Shown here: in pieces, positions 1-13,285 of the stretch | How positions within the stretch are numbered: position 1 is the first letter of the stretch | Layout of the letters: the number at the start of each line of letters is the position of its first letter | NCBI GenBank assembly: GCA_001949185.1 | Contig: BDGG01000007.1 | Location: 1,384,730-1,448,729, forward strand | Direction: 5' to 3' | DNA from: Ramazzottius varieornatus | Taxonomy: Eukaryota > Animalia > Tardigrada | Length of the DNA: 64,000 bases | Position numbers and translations under genes: made by a program | The notes under the pieces: generated by a model | The model's database searches: none | What the model was told of the DNA's origin: nothing | Seen by the model: only the letters and a program-made list of their open reading frames with translations

Positions 1-3000
1 GAGAGAATCCGCCACCCATTCTCCGGAATGGAACCCGAGAGTTTTTCAACACTCGTCTGCAGAACTATGGAAATAATAACAACTTGCGTATCAATACCAG
101 TGGGTACAACAGCCAGAACGGTTACAGCAACTACAGCGGAGATCGATACAACAGCAACGGCCAACGGACTTACAACAACAACAGCAACTCCATCAACGGC
201 GGGGGATTTCGTCGGTTTGATCGGAACATGGAAGATGGAAACACCTTTGAGCGAAACAACGGCAGAGGTACTCTTCCATATCCGACAAAAACGTTTCCCT
301 GAAGTTTTCAGTAATTATCTTCTCATTTTCAGGCGAGAGAAACTACGACGATCCTCGTGGTGGCGCTTTCGATGATGAGCCACTGCCCGAATGGGCGGAA
401 GATGGACCTAGCAGCCAGAACGACTACATCGAGCTGCGCGGCTTCGATGATGATCCAGCTGACGACGCCAGTTCGAAGGACTCCGAGTCGGTGGATAAGA
501 AGAGTGACAGCAGCACGAAAGACTCTTCATCTGTCCAGAGTGAAGCTGCCGAAAAACCGGGTATGGAAAACATAAATTTTATAATGGGAACTCGGTTAAC
601 AATCTTTGCGAGACCGTTTCCCAAGTGGCGCATATGTTCGGCAAACGCATCGAGGACTTGCGCCACTTTCGAATACAATCTTGTCGAGTTGTGCAAGTGG
701 CGCACGCTCGTGGCCAGCAATACTGATAATGTGCGCCACTAGGGAAGACAATCTCGATTAATTTACTTGCCGAGCTTCCGAATGTACCGAAATTGTCATT
801 CAAAGCTTTGTTGAATTCCAAAATATAGAGTTCTCGGTTTGGGAATCAACCCGAATTGTTTTACTTTAGATGTTCCGACCGCAGAGAAGAAGGACAGTCT
901 GACCGGCCTCGATCGTCCCGACATTGTCATCCCACTAACGGCAGCCGCTGAAGCCTCCAAGCCTCCAGAGACTGACAAGAACACTGTTCCAGGGAAGAGA
1001 AGTCGCTTTGCTGAAATTTTCAGCTGCGATGGAGCACCACAGCCGGCTCAAGCACCGAGAGAAGCTGCCAAAGTCGCTTCCGCGTCGCCACCAACACCTA
1101 GCACCGATGTTCATCAGCCTGCGGAGAAGTCGTCTGTCCCACCCGCTCTCGCTTCCATCCTGGCTACAAAACCGACGCAAGTGTCACCTGCTGAACAGCA
1201 TGCTGGAAGAACGTTGCTGTCTTTCATCCGCAAAGACGACGCTGCTACATCAGGTAAATTTTTAAACTGCTTGCTCTCCCCGCTTGAAAATTACTCCAAT
1301 TTTCAACGCTTTGTCTCGTATTTGCGCCATGCAAAAGTATTCGTACTCGGCTCGTAAATAACGTGGCTTGTCACCTGTTCTTCATGTTAGTTCACGATGG
1401 CAAAGCATGGTTTTCGGTACCAACATTTGCGCCACATGTGAAATTCATCGGTGGATCCGTTCAGATTTTTCCTCTCTTGCAGTGTCGCAAGCAGGACAGC
1501 CAACAGGCGGGAAAAAGCCCGTCGCTCGGCAAATGCGCACGCTGGAAGACATCGAGAAGGAACACCAACGTCCGGCACCAGCTGCCGAGACAATCCCTCC
1601 AGACGTCCCGCAGCAGCAAGTGAAGCTTCCGGCGACCAACTACCCAACTAACGTCTCCACAGCTGCTTCCGCTGGTGGTCAGAGCCGCTTCTTCGAGGCT
1701 TTCGGTAGCGAGGCTTCCCACGCTGCACAGGCTACACCGAGTACACAGAGCACAGCGCTGAATGGACCCACACCACTGCACCGTGGTGTATCCTTCCATG
1801 GCAGCTTGCCCCATCTGGGCGGCGTCCTGGATCCTTCGGCTGTCGTTCGTGCTGCAGATTCACAGGTACATGATGTTCTTGGCTTTCAGAGTGAAGAGTT
1901 TTTAGCGCGATATGCGGTCCTTTGGTTCCAAGGAATGACTTTGCCTAGATCGCTATGTCAAGCGGCGCATGCTCTGATCGTTATTGGCTGAGAGTGTGCG
2001 CCACTTGCAAAGACTGTCTGGGTGAATTCACTTTCCGGCGCCCCAAATGCGTGAGTGTCTTTACTGAAATCTCAATGTATGATCAAAACATTTCTGTGAA
2101 AATGTTACTGTCCCGAACTAAAATTTTACCGGTAGAGTTTAACACCAGATATTCGGAAAAGCTCGAACATAAGTCAGTTGGAATTTTCATTTGAGGGAAT
2201 ATTCAGTATTTTTCCATCATTTCCAGGTTCGTAACCGCGTTATGGATCCTCGCAGTGTCGATCCGCGCACTCTGGATCCGTCCATCGTTGGTGCAGCTGC
2301 ATCGTCGGTTCCTTCGGCGGTGCCCGTGCCCATTCCCGGCATTCCCAACGACCCGCACCTTCACGAACTACTGAAGAAGTCGGAGGCCGAGCTGGTTCAG
2401 TGGAAGGAGGCTGGCTACTTCGAGCATTCGGTCCTGCTGGAGCTGCTGCAGCTGAAGCAACAGCGAGCTAACTTTTTGGCGGCCAGGATGGCTCCCCACA
2501 GCGGCCAAGCTTCCCCTCTCCACTTTGGCAATACTCTCCCCGGTCAAGCCGCGCAGATCTCAGGCGCTCCCTCGTCAGCTGGCCTGATGAGGTCTCATAA
2601 CTTTGTACAGGCTGGACTACAAGGTAGAAACAATCTTTGAGCTGATTGTCTTTGACGGGTTATGCAGTGTTTTCCCCAGTGGCGCAACATTCCATCCAAT
2701 AACTATGATAACCTGCACTGGTTGAGAACTTGACGATATCGTTTTTTCAAATGGCGCAGTCATCCAGCTAACAGCACTGCAAACGTGCGCCATTGGGGAA
2801 AACGATCTTGTAGTTGTCGAGTTTCTTGTTCCACTTTCCATTTATCATTTGTTTCTTGGTTCAGGTTTACAGCAGCAACAGATGCAAATGGCTCAACATA
2901 ATCGTCTTCCAAATATGGCACCCGTTTACGGTTCGTTTTTGTACTATTTTTACTTCAGACGTTTGTTTCAGGAAGTCGAAAGATGGAATTGCTGGAGGAA

Positions 3001-3886
3001 GTTCTGGAATTCATTCTGAGTGGTGTGACTTTTAGGTTCCCGTTATCCTGGTGATGTTCCCTCGCACGCACAAAACGGTTTGTTTGGCCAAGGTGTGGAT
3101 CCGCGCCAGTTGCAGCAGCTGCGAAGTAACCAGCAGATCAACGAAGGCTTGGCCCTGCTCCGTATGGCCAACGCCCAGCAGCAGCTGTCGGACCCCAATG
3201 TCCTGCTGGCTCGCCAACAAGAACAAATGCGCATGGCGGTCTTGCAGCAACAACAGCAACAACGCCAGTTGGCCCAGGCTAGTCAGGTATGTCGCAACTT
3301 CAATGTCACTTCCGGTTGGGAAGGGGAGTAGGATCTCGGAACACTGTTTTATCCACCTGCATACACCAGACAGCGTGATTCTGCTCCTGGGCAGTATGTT
3401 GCTGCATGTCGCGCGGTCAGCACAGGTTTGCGACATGCAACTGCGTACGCAATCTTAGTGTTTATCCGTCTGGATTAGTGTATGCAGGTTGATGAGTTAC
3501 TCTGCTGCCGCTTTGCTCATGTTTGGACCGTTCTTTGTGCTTGACAGGCATCGGCTAACGTCTCACGACCTTCGCCGCTGATGCCCACCTCGGTGTTGCG
3601 TCGCCAGACTGTGCAACGAGGCGAGTTCAACCAGACGCCGGCCTCGGTGCAGTCCTCCATGCACCATTCGGCCAGTTCCCCGCAGTTTGGACTGGATCAA
3701 CGCCATAGCCTGATGGCCTCCGACGACCAACAACGCCTCTTCCTGGCTGCCCAACAGCAACAACAGCAACAAGCTGCTTTCGCCGCTCGCTCCAACCAGG
3801 CCAACCCTGCTGACCACTACAACCTCAGTAACTTCGCACGTTACGGCTTTCCTGCATACCCACAAAATGCTCAAGCTGAATCATAA
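1..3886 (+). CDS. EIF4ENIF1: eIF4E nuclear import factor / 4E-T-like protein, multi-exon, 5' end outside window
   Basis: Exon from 333 reads EPLPEWAEDGPSSQNDYIELRGFDD, matching the Cup-homology domain (PEW..GP.SQ...IEL.GFDD). Downstream exons are low-complexity and Q-rich. GT-AG introns at 268-332, 561-869 and further on; stop at 3884-3886. Confidence 0.7.
585..780. repeat. Intronic palindromic repeat copy (two hairpin modules)
   Basis: GGGAACTCGG...AAGTGGCGCA-N26-TGCGCCACTT...AAGTGGCGCA-N27-TGCGCCACT...CCGAGCTTCC within intron 561-869. Confidence 0.85.
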
Positions 3887-3939
3887 AAGGTAACATTTAA
3901 AACTTCAAAATGATAACGAGACGTCTGCGAATAGATTGA

Positions 3940-4120
3940 TCGTGATCGTTGCCTCAAGTGGCGCACGTTTACGGTGTCACAGTATAAGCAGAAGCGTGCG
4001 CCACTTGGTAAACCCATCTGGTTGAGTTTGTTTTCCCAAGTGGCGCACATTTTTATGGTAATTGCCTGAAAGTGTGCGCCACCTGATAAAGAAGTCTTCG
4101 GCAGCTCATTTGCCGACCTC
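3940..4120. repeat. Palindromic repeat copy (two modules) in a 3'UTR intron of the 4E-T-like gene
   Basis: Cores at ~3956 and ~4038; a GTAACA donor lies a few nt after the stop codon and a TTTTCAG acceptor at ~4168. Confidence 0.8.
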
Positions 4121-4881
4121 CTAAGTGCTTAACGGTGGAATAACTGATGTTGTTTTTCTTATTTTCAGGTGGATGTATATTTCTGTACATAGTGGAAAAG
4201 ATGAGGTTCCCGGAATAATCTTTCTTTCTTTCTATAAAAAGACTTTTTAGAGGCGCTGTGATGCCCTACGGAAACGCTTTTTTACCTGCTTTACTCCTTC
4301 TTTCGCCGTCTCTAACGTGTGTAATCTTCGTTCGTCCTTTCTTTCTTTTAGTTTGCCTTTCACATCGTTACGAATATTTGAACATACATTTTGTACTAAT
4401 CTTTGGTCTAATCAAAGGCTGGTTGACCAAGGAAACATTTTCGTTTTTTTCCTTGTACGTTGAAGTACGATGTTCATAGTAGTCTAACCTTCGCCCTGAA
4501 TTTTGCTTTAGTTCTTATGCAAGCTGGATTCTCAGTTTTCGACTTTGCTTCTGACGTAGTACGTCCATGAGAGAATTTTACTAACAGAAAGCTTTACACG
4601 AATCGATTAATAAAGCATTGAATCAACCCCCGAAGGACCCGTGTACAGCTGCTGCTTATATGTCGACAGAATATCCTAGTATATTCAAGGGCACAAAAAA
4701 ATATCACAAAGGCCTAAGGCAGCGTCTGTGAATTCAACAAGGAAGAACAACGCTAAGAAATTTTTACGAGTGAACCAAATTGGGCGGCGACCTCAAGTGG
4801 CGCACGCTTCCAGCCAGCGACAATAAAAAAGTGCGCCACTTGAGGTAGAAATCTTCGACGATTCGTTTGCCGGCCTCCCAA

Positions 4882-5517
4882 TCAGTGGCTGACATCTTCA
4901 GATGAGGAGGGAGTTGTCGGGGACTCTGTCCTACTGACTGCTTCTGCCTGGCTCACATACAGTGTTTCAGGAGTAGAAGAGGTTGCGCTCAAAGCTGGAT
5001 AGTTCAGCAAGGTATGCAATAAACGCGGGTTCCGTTTTTCCAGTAGAGATCGCAAGTAAGGATTATTATTGACATAGACAATTAGATCGTCGATTTCCTG
5101 TGAGGACAACTGGAAACTCCGCACATAATCCAGCGTACCGAGCTCCCTTTGTGCGGTCCGAATCCTTCGGTCCAAGAAAGGTTTCTTGGTTTCGTGTTGT
5201 AGAGAGACATTCCCTTGTAGCTGGGATATGCGGCTCCTCAGTCCATCCAGATCCGTCCGTAGTTTCTGCTGTAAATTCCTCAAATGCTCTTTGCGATCTC
5301 GCAAGGTCGATAACAACTCCGTGTTTGTCGGCTCAACTTCCGGGTAGGCATTGATAGGTTCGGGTACCCTGGGTCCGTCGGCATTGGTTGCTTGTGGGTT
5401 CTCCGAAGGTTCGTCCATCCTGGTAGAATGCAGAGACGTTTCTCCAGAGGTTGGTTCGGTTGTGCGTATACACTGCGCGTAAAGATGTTCGGGGTGATAT
5501 CTGATGGTGAATGTCAT
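4882..5517 (-). CDS. Hypothetical 211-aa protein with a coiled-coil-like segment
   Basis: Single ATG-initiated ORF with heptad-like LRDRKEHLRNLQQKLRTDLDGLRSRISQL; no recognisable family. Confidence 0.4.
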   Translation of the reverse strand: MTFTIRYHPEHLYAQCIRTTEPTSGETSLHSTRMDEPSENPQATNADGPRVPEPINAYPEVEPTNTELLSTLRDRKEHLRNLQQKLRTDLDGLRSRISQLQGNVSLQHETKKPFLDRRIRTAQRELGTLDYVRSFQLSSQEIDDLIVYVNNNPYLRSLLEKRNPRLLHTLLNYPALSATSSTPETLYVSQAEAVSRTESPTTPSSSEDVSH

Positions 5518-8040
5518 GCTTGCTTTTACATTGGCATGGCTGGGTTATGATAACGATGGGATGTGTATTTCGGTCAAAGCTATCATCTGTCGCGTACTTC
5601 AACATACTGTAGCAGCTTCCTCTGTAATGTGTTTACTCATGCTTGTCTCTCTCATTCAATCGTCTTTCTATTGCTTCTTGAATCACTTCTGAAAGACTGT
5701 AAACATGGCCTCTAAAATTGAACTGTACACGAATGTGCATGGTGCACGACAACGTACTTAAAAGTTGGAACATTACGAAGCTGTACCACCGAGGTTTTAA
5801 CGTGTACACTGTATGTACAGTAGACTTGAATCAAGTAGATCAAATCAAATCAACGCTAAACCATCCCTAAAAATGTTTTCTAAGAAACAAAGATCAGTGA
5901 CCTCGAAAAATCTGGTGTCAAAAGGAGGAAATTTTGGGAGGGTCGTCCAAAGAACACCGCAGATCTAAACCTCTTGCGCAAATCTTTTTAGGCCGAAATT
6001 TGGGGTGATACTTCACTGAATTTTGTGAACGAGCCACATCGTGGTAGTTCTCGGCGCTTCAATTTCCGATTTCCCTCATCACAAACCTATTAAAGGTGTT
6101 CATGCGCGTCAACCAAAGCCAGTTCGTAAGTCATTTCAAAAAGTAGAGTCTTTCCATTCAAGACAATCGGGTTTCCGGGACGGCCATTCCTTTCAAATAT
6201 TGCTCCAGGTAAGCGAGATCTGGAAGGAGACGATCGACCAAAAGTAATACGGGGCAACGGCCTTCCTCGACTTCCCTAGAGTACCACTGGAGCGGCCACC
6301 TGCAGCAAGGCTTCCTATCATTACACCATGCTGAAACACCTAGAGCCGGTAAACGAAGGCGAGGCAAACATCCTTGCTTATGGGAGATGGTCAGCAGCTC
6401 CACAGAGAAGGTTTTAGAAGCCACAACGAACTTGAACACCACATTGGAGCACCTTGTTCAATGGATGAGCCAGTCGAACACGGTAGCGCGTCAGCTGAGA
6501 AATGTGTCTACATGGTCCTTATGACACCACGAAACAAAAAAGCACGTCGAGTCCTCCACCGACAACCCGATACGGTAGTCGTTTTACCGACTCTTCGCCA
6601 ATCATGAGGAAGCCCAGTGGCTCGTCAAGATCCGGCAAAGAGAGAGGTATGGCACAGTCCAGCATACATGGTCGACCTCGTGCCGGGAAGGGAGTCCACA
6701 GACCGGACTGAGAGAACAGCAAATGGACTGACACCAATGCCAAGTTCAGCTGCGCCATCGGAAAAAAGGAATTTTGTAATTAGGCTGATGAATCTGGACT
6801 CTTCTACCCCCGAAACCGATCTGGGACTCAGTATCGATCACTTCCGAAGTGATTTCCATCTCGCCTACGATGCAAGGCATGATCTTCTGGCCCAAAAGGC
6901 GTTTTCTTCCAGCCCAGTCAATTTCTTGATTGCTGCTTCAAAGTTTTCCGCTCACAAATCCCACGCACAAAATCTGATCTAACAGAGCTTGGAATCAGCT
7001 TTTTATCTGATTTTGGCAGGTTGTTGATTAAAAACGGCAAGGAGATCTGCCTGGGCTGGTTCTCGTGTTTAAACACACTGCTAAAAAGTCACTTCGGGGT
7101 TCAAAACTGAAACCGTACGGATCCGCCCGTCCAACATGAGCTCACAGGAAGATTTCTCAAATGCTACTATGTCGCCTACTTACGCGAACTATATACTGCA
7201 ACAAAAATGTAGCATCGACATTCTGGGCCCTCAGAAATATGAGCAACAGATATTTCCCAGGTAGCGCGGCCTAATTGTCGTTGACATGTGGTCTCGTTGA
7301 GGTACGTGCGTTGGTTTTAATTCGACAAATTCAAATTCCATTGATGCCGACTGATGAGACATGGACATTACATTGAGAGAATAAAGCTTGAATAACTCCA
7401 AAAACGCGATCCCAGTGTATTTGGCATGTGTCGTTAGGGGGGGGGGGGGGTGTCAAACTGGCAGCTGCTGGTACATGGTATTACGTACGATACCCTCAAA
7501 ACTGCACTGTTTTGGTGCTACGTGTTGGCAACAAGCGCGTCGTACTAGCTGCTTGCTGACTTTCACAGACCAGTACCGAGAACAGCGCAGTTTTGAGGGT
7601 TCGTATTGATATGTTCCGCCAGTTGGTATTTTGACCAGGGCGGATGACAGTCACGTGATAGTAAAGACAACACATTGAGCTCTATACACACTGTTGAATC
7701 ACATAGATCGAATCACTGCGAAGGAAGTAATGAGTTGTTGAATAACGATAGCGTGGCCGAATACTTATGGGAAAGTGTGGCTCAGTCGTTCGGACTAGAT
7801 TACTGTTCTCTCGGCAGGTATAGCGGCCAACCAAAAGAGCGTACCATACTGTGCTGAAGTGGCGACTCGCACGGTCTATATCGAATTGCTGCGTATCGTT
7901 GCTGCGTAATCGTCCCTCACTGGCCACTTAAGCGAGGTGATTATACGTGAGTGTACCAGACTGCGTTTCAGTTTTATTTCTTCCAGTGTGTTCAAAAATC
8001 TAGTAACGTAATAATAAACGTGTTACGAGTTCCAAGTAAA

Positions 8041-8892
8041 CTAGAGAGGATTCGCAATAAACCCACAGGTCGCGGCGGGGCCTGACTCGCCTCCACCAGA
8101 AAAGGCGCCCGATATGGGAGGTCCCAAAGCAATACACTGTCCAATTTTACTGCCTGCGGGAAAGCTGCAACAATCCGTGCAGGATTCTCTGACAGGTACC
8201 GGGCCTGAACCAAAATTACAGCATTGCTTGGAGCAGTCATCGTCAATTGCCGTGAACGTGCATGCGGGGTTACGGGGAGTTCTTCTGTCAACGCAGGTCG
8301 AAACTTGGGAAAACTGCTGGGCGGCGCTGAGTGTCGTTCTGGCCGGTGCGAGGGTGGTTGTGGTTACTGTGGGAGCTGCTGATGTCGATGTATCTGTCAC
8401 AGGTGCCGCTGTGCTGGTCGATGGTGTGAAGACAAAGTATGAGTCGCCACTAGAGACGTCCAGTTTGCTCTGGTCAGACACGGTGAACTGGCCAGTAGAC
8501 AAATAGTCTAGGTTCGCGGCTACGAAAGGTTGTGCCGCGCCCCCTATTGTTTGCAGTGCAAGTTGATCCACTCCAGGCGGACATAGCAACCGGCAGCTGA
8601 CAATGCGGTTCGTCGTTGGCTCTATTAAGCTTGGCACGAAAACACAACCATTAATCGGTGATGACTGTTGAGTGAGAGGTTGGCAAACTGCGTTGATCGA
8701 ATTTCCCAGAGAAGTGGGAAGTTGGTCGATCAACTGTAGCAGGTTGACATTGCCAGGAACCAGTTGGCTTCCGAAAGCAAATCCAGTTTGTCGAACTTTC
8801 CTTTGCAGTAACGGATCACTTGTACAATGGCCAACAAGTACGAGGTAAACCGCAACAACCGCTGAACCAACTGAAGGCGCTGAACGTGTCAT
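8041..8892 (-). CDS. Secreted protein: signal peptide, Thr-rich linker, Cys-rich C-terminal domain
   Basis: 283-aa single-exon ORF with hydrophobic N-terminus (AVVAVYLVLVGHCTS), a TTTT-rich mucin-like stretch and a C-terminal cluster of about 10 Cys including two CC pairs. Confidence 0.6.
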   Translation of the reverse strand: MTRSAPSVGSAVVAVYLVLVGHCTSDPLLQRKVRQTGFAFGSQLVPGNVNLLQLIDQLPTSLGNSINAVCQPLTQQSSPINGCVFVPSLIEPTTNRIVSCRLLCPPGVDQLALQTIGGAAQPFVAANLDYLSTGQFTVSDQSKLDVSSGDSYFVFTPSTSTAAPVTDTSTSAAPTVTTTTLAPARTTLSAAQQFSQVSTCVDRRTPRNPACTFTAIDDDCSKQCCNFGSGPVPVRESCTDCCSFPAGSKIGQCIALGPPISGAFSGGGESGPAATCGFIANPL

Positions 8893-11367
8893 TTTGGTGT
8901 CGTTCTTTGCCCAGGAATATTAAACAGCAATGTGTAAAAAAACTGATTATGATTGTTGGTGAAGGTTAACGCCAGTGTTTTTTGACGCTTTTATTTGGGT
9001 TGTTGTTCATTCTTTATGTATTAACGGACCATATTTGCGAACTTAATGGCGAACCTTGAAGAAACAAGGGTGAACGATCATGTTAGGTTGACAACGATGT
9101 TAATAAGGCAAATCAAACTGTTAAGTGGGGTAACATCGGACTGATGTTCAGAACGATTAACATTCCTGTCCGCGTTGTGAAAGAACGGTAATCCTTGAAC
9201 GAAGCTTGTCTCATGCTGGTCGACAGTAGCGTGAACTAGGCGACACCGTACATGTGCAAAGATACTCGAACCGATCTTGCAACAGAGTTAACGACCAAAT
9301 TGACGGACGAAGAGGTGTCATGAAAATATCATACGTCCGTTCTAACCATATTGCAGCCGTCTATAATGTCACGCTACAGTCACTCTTCCGGGTCATGGGC
9401 ACCCATGGCCTTATTTTGCTTCCTTGTATCTTTTGAACCCGTAGTCCAGTTTCCGTGATTCAAACAGCATACTCTGAAAAAAAGTCAGCTAGAGCTTCTC
9501 GACCACGTGACAGTCCAGTCGAAAATTCAAACAATCAACCAGTAAGCACCGGTGGGCGGACAAGGAAACAAGGGCCATGTTTGACTGCTTATCTCTGGTC
9601 ACGTGACAGGTTTACAGGAGAGTCTAAACGGCCAAAATTTGGCCTACACATCACTGTCCACACAGTTGCAAAAGAGAAAGCGGAGTTTTGCCGAGTAAGT
9701 AAACTACGGATACTAGTTTCTTCCATGCCGCAAACTCTCATACTTTTTTCCACAGAGTATATTGACGGGCTTGAAGCGCGGTCCGTCAAGGGATACGTAG
9801 ATGGTTTGCGTGGATCTGGAACCGTTACAGTCAGCAAACGGCTGGAAAAGCCTGCCCAGCCGGACAAGCCGTATCCCTTCCGTCAGTACGTAGTCGACGA
9901 TGCTGAATTACGCCAGATCAGCGACGCCATAGTAAGGAGAAAAAGATATGGTGGAACAAGGCAGGGACCAGGAGCGAAGGTTCTTCGACCCGAACAAGAA
10001 TCCAGGAATTCGAGAAGATATGGAGCACGTTTCATGGGCAGATGAACAGTCCGCTGAAAAAACGTGAGTACTCACGTTCCGTGGTAAGCGTTTTTTGTAA
10101 CTAGTCGCGCGTTTTTACGATTCTTTGTGTTCTTTGAACTAAGGCCATCTCTTACAGGTTCGGAAAGGTGCTAAAAGATAAGAAATCCTGTAACACAAGC
10201 GAGGGGATTACTTCAGATTCCTGTCGCAGCAGCTGAAGCTTGGCGAAGAAACCATCAAGAAATTTGCTTTCCCTAAACCTAAGTTAGACCCTAAACTTTC
10301 TGGCTAGGAATTACCACCTGTTTTGCTCAAGTTTCTTCAGACTGGGCCTTTAGTGTGTTGCTTTGGTTGCTTTCTTGAAAACAGTTCGTGAGCGTTCCTT
10401 ACTCCTGGTTATCGTTCTCGGTTCGCTAGCTGTTGTTTTTCTCTTGATAGCCAGTACATGATTTTGATTTTTTTTCCGGAATACGCGAAAGATTTTCCTC
10501 ATAGAGGATAAACTGTAGACGTCAGATCTGGCTCGATCGTTTCCCGTGGCTGAGTAAGGGATCGGCAAATCACCAAAAAGTTTTTCCCAGCACACGAACA
10601 GTACAAATTTTAATTGTCCACCATACACCGGTAATATCTTCCTAGCATTCTCTCCATGTACCACTAAGACACTAGCTGTGGATTGACTCTCCAATAGACT
10701 CAGCAGATCGTGCAGGTACTGACGATGGAAGCTGGACACTGATAGTAAAGGCTAGTCTATAGAGTCCTTTACCAGTGTCTTGGCCAGGTAATTTTTTCAT
10801 ATGGGAGGGTCAGAAGATATGTACTACCAAACAAAACCATGGTCGTGCGATGACCCATGACCGTGATTGTAATGGTAAAATGGCCCATGTTCCAGTCTAG
10901 ATGACCTACTCGGAAAAGACGTCTCGGTCTATCCGTTCTTTTCCCCACCGAAGACCGCGCTACCCCCATCTTAGTTTTTGTCTGTCATTTGCAGGAGAGC
11001 TTACGAAATCCCAAGTTCTCGGTCCACGTTCAAGCTGCTGAAGCGTGCTCTGCTTCATCTGTTTGGAGCTTCTGGTGATGGTCAAGACGTCTCCTTTCTT
11101 ACTGCGAAGTACGAACTTCTTCAATTACAAATAGCGGCTCTCTTTTCGACGATAACTTTCTCCTGGACAACGCTTCCCTCCTCGACGACAGCTTTCGTGA
11201 CGACCAGTCTCCTAGCCGACAGCTCTCCTCCAGGACGGTTTGTTCTCCTTATGTTGCGTAAGCTCTTCAAGATGGACCCCGTGCTCAAGGTGTCGTAACA
11301 GGGTGATTTCAACTACTGCGAACGATTTTGAAAATCTAATACAACTTCGCCGGCAGTGATGTTATTC

Positions 11368-12135
11368 TTAGTAATCTGGGGCTTGAAAGCCCTTGGCCTT
11401 ATGAATCGCTAGAACGTGGGCAGGTCAAGAACCGAGAGACTTCTGGAGCATCTCAAGAGGAATTTTCTTATACTCCTCCTGTGCGCATCTTATCATGCCC
11501 TTCTCGGTGGTGTAGTTCCGTTGCGCGAGTCGCTGTTTCAGGTAGCCGTTCGCAACGAAATCCATCGGCGACACATCCAGGCTGTTTGCCAACCATTCTT
11601 CCTTCGTAATATATTTCCCTCGGGATTTGAGCCATGAGATGACTTTCTTTGCGGTATGAGCTGGAGCACTGTCCATGTGAAGGATCACCTTCCACGCATC
11701 AGCTCCATAAAATTTTGGTACATCAATATCGAACATTGGTTTGAGAATTTTCTTGATGAAAAGATCGGCATTGACTTTGGCTTTCTGGGGTACAGCGTAA
11801 AGTCGAGTTGGACCACGGTAGGAATAGCCAGCAGCGACCATACGTTGGGCCGGAAACGAGGGGGATTTTACTGCAGTCGGGATCACTCGACCATCTTCAA
11901 CACTTTTTTTCGTCACGTACACGAAATCGGTCTTACCGTTCTCGAAGTCCAGCGGTAGCATAGCTTCTTCCATCGTCAGAATGTACCCGAGGTTCCCCGA
12001 AATGGTGTTGTAGAAATTCAGGGCAGGATCTTTTCGTTGTTTGATGGCTTTCTGAGACAGGAAATAAACTTTGGGCTTCTTGCGGATGGTGGCACCTAAA
12101 TCTTCGTGGACGATGCGGTGAATCGTGTGCTGGGA
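11368..12135 (-). mobile_element. Degenerate Tc1/mariner transposase (maT, DD37D-like), 5' truncated
   Basis: QHTIHRIVHEDLG...ILTMEEA...LHMDSAPAH...NSLDVSPMDF. First catalytic D is replaced by E, D-x36-D spacing here, internal stop near 11425. Confidence 0.85.
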
Positions 12136-12643
12136 AGAAGTCCGTTTCCGCTCGAGTGGTATGCTTCTCCCTCTGGCGAGTGACGTGGATCATGTTTCCA
12201 GCAGGCACGGCAGAAGATGACGTCATGGTCATGAAGAAGCCTCTGTACGTAAAGTGAAGAAGTGTCTTGTGCAAAGCTCCGTATCCACCAAGTCTGTAAC
12301 ACTGATTAGCTTCCTTGTTGACATGTGTTTTCGAACCATCAAAATTGACATGTGTTTTCGAACCATCAAAATTGACGTCGGTAGGTGACTGCAATGGATA
12401 GATAGAAATATAGTGAAACGCATAGGAACAGGAATAGGTACAGGAGTACAGTAGATACGACGGTTGTTACCCCATGAGACGGATAGCTAAGATCGGTTTA
12501 ATTTTGAACTTTCGCATGATCAGCAGCCGTTAGTCTGACTTTCGCTTGTTTCAAGCGGCATCATTCCTATACTATTGCCATTCGTCGAACAGTTATTTTC
12601 TCACCCTTCAAATTTTTTTTTCTGCCATCCAAACTCATTCATC

Positions 12644-13285
12644 ATGGAAGCCGCCTACACTGCCGTTGCTGATTCAACTACGACCAGCAAGCCTGAACGC
12701 AAAGACAAGCCCACCGCGCCGATCAAAACCGAGAAGAAGGGGAAGCGAAAGGCCGTCAGCTTTGATGAACCTCCGAACAAGATTCCTAACATTAAGGTGG
12801 AACTGGACACGGTGGCTCAAGAGGAGAACTGGAGTTCCAAGATCGAAAATGAGCGCTTCATCTACATCGCCCGATCGTCAGTGGGAGTTAAGATCTTTAT
12901 GGGTGAGCATCTGGCCAATCCTAGGGTGTCCACGCCATCCAGCAAGACCATCGAGCTGAACGTCGAGCAGTTCCTCACCTTCTACGGTCTCTTCCTCAGC
13001 GGCAAAGCGGAGTGTGCGGAGCGCAAGAACAACACCAAGGAGCCCGGTTCACTGTCTCCACTGTTTGATCTGTCGGGCGATGTCTACTTCACCTGGAGCC
13101 GTTTCCAGTCATCGGATTTGGCTATCGTTCGCACTTTTACCAAGCGTGGAAAGTCCAAGGATATGTACCCCACCAAGAACGGAATTTCCCTCGGCGAGAA
13201 AGTCTTCAACAGCATTATGGATTTCTTCAGAACCATGGCGAGTGGAGAACACTATCATCCATTTGGTTGTGTTTTTACTTTTTGA
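12644..13285 (+). CDS. Tandem PC4-like ssDNA-binding / transcription cofactor protein (Polinton cargo)
   Basis: LSGDVYFTWSRF...AIVRTF...MYPTKNGISLGEKVF resembles PC4 (DIR.....KPG.KGISL...QW). A weaker first repeat is PSSKTIELNVEQF. Confidence 0.65.
   Translation: MEAAYTAVADSTTTSKPERKDKPTAPIKTEKKGKRKAVSFDEPPNKIPNIKVELDTVAQEENWSSKIENERFIYIARSSVGVKIFMGEHLANPRVSTPSSKTIELNVEQFLTFYGLFLSGKAECAERKNNTKEPGSLSPLFDLSGDVYFTWSRFQSSDLAIVRTFTKRGKSKDMYPTKNGISLGEKVFNSIMDFFRTMASGEHYHPFGCVFTF

Noticed and set aside
6041-6982. Cluster of short ORFs
   Set aside because: No frame gives a recognisable domain; probably decayed sequence.
7437-7450. G14 homopolymer
   Set aside because: Isolated simple repeat with no supporting context.
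9455-11312. 196-aa ORF and neighbouring short ORFs
   Set aside because: Possibly decayed transposon or gene fragments, but nothing assignable.
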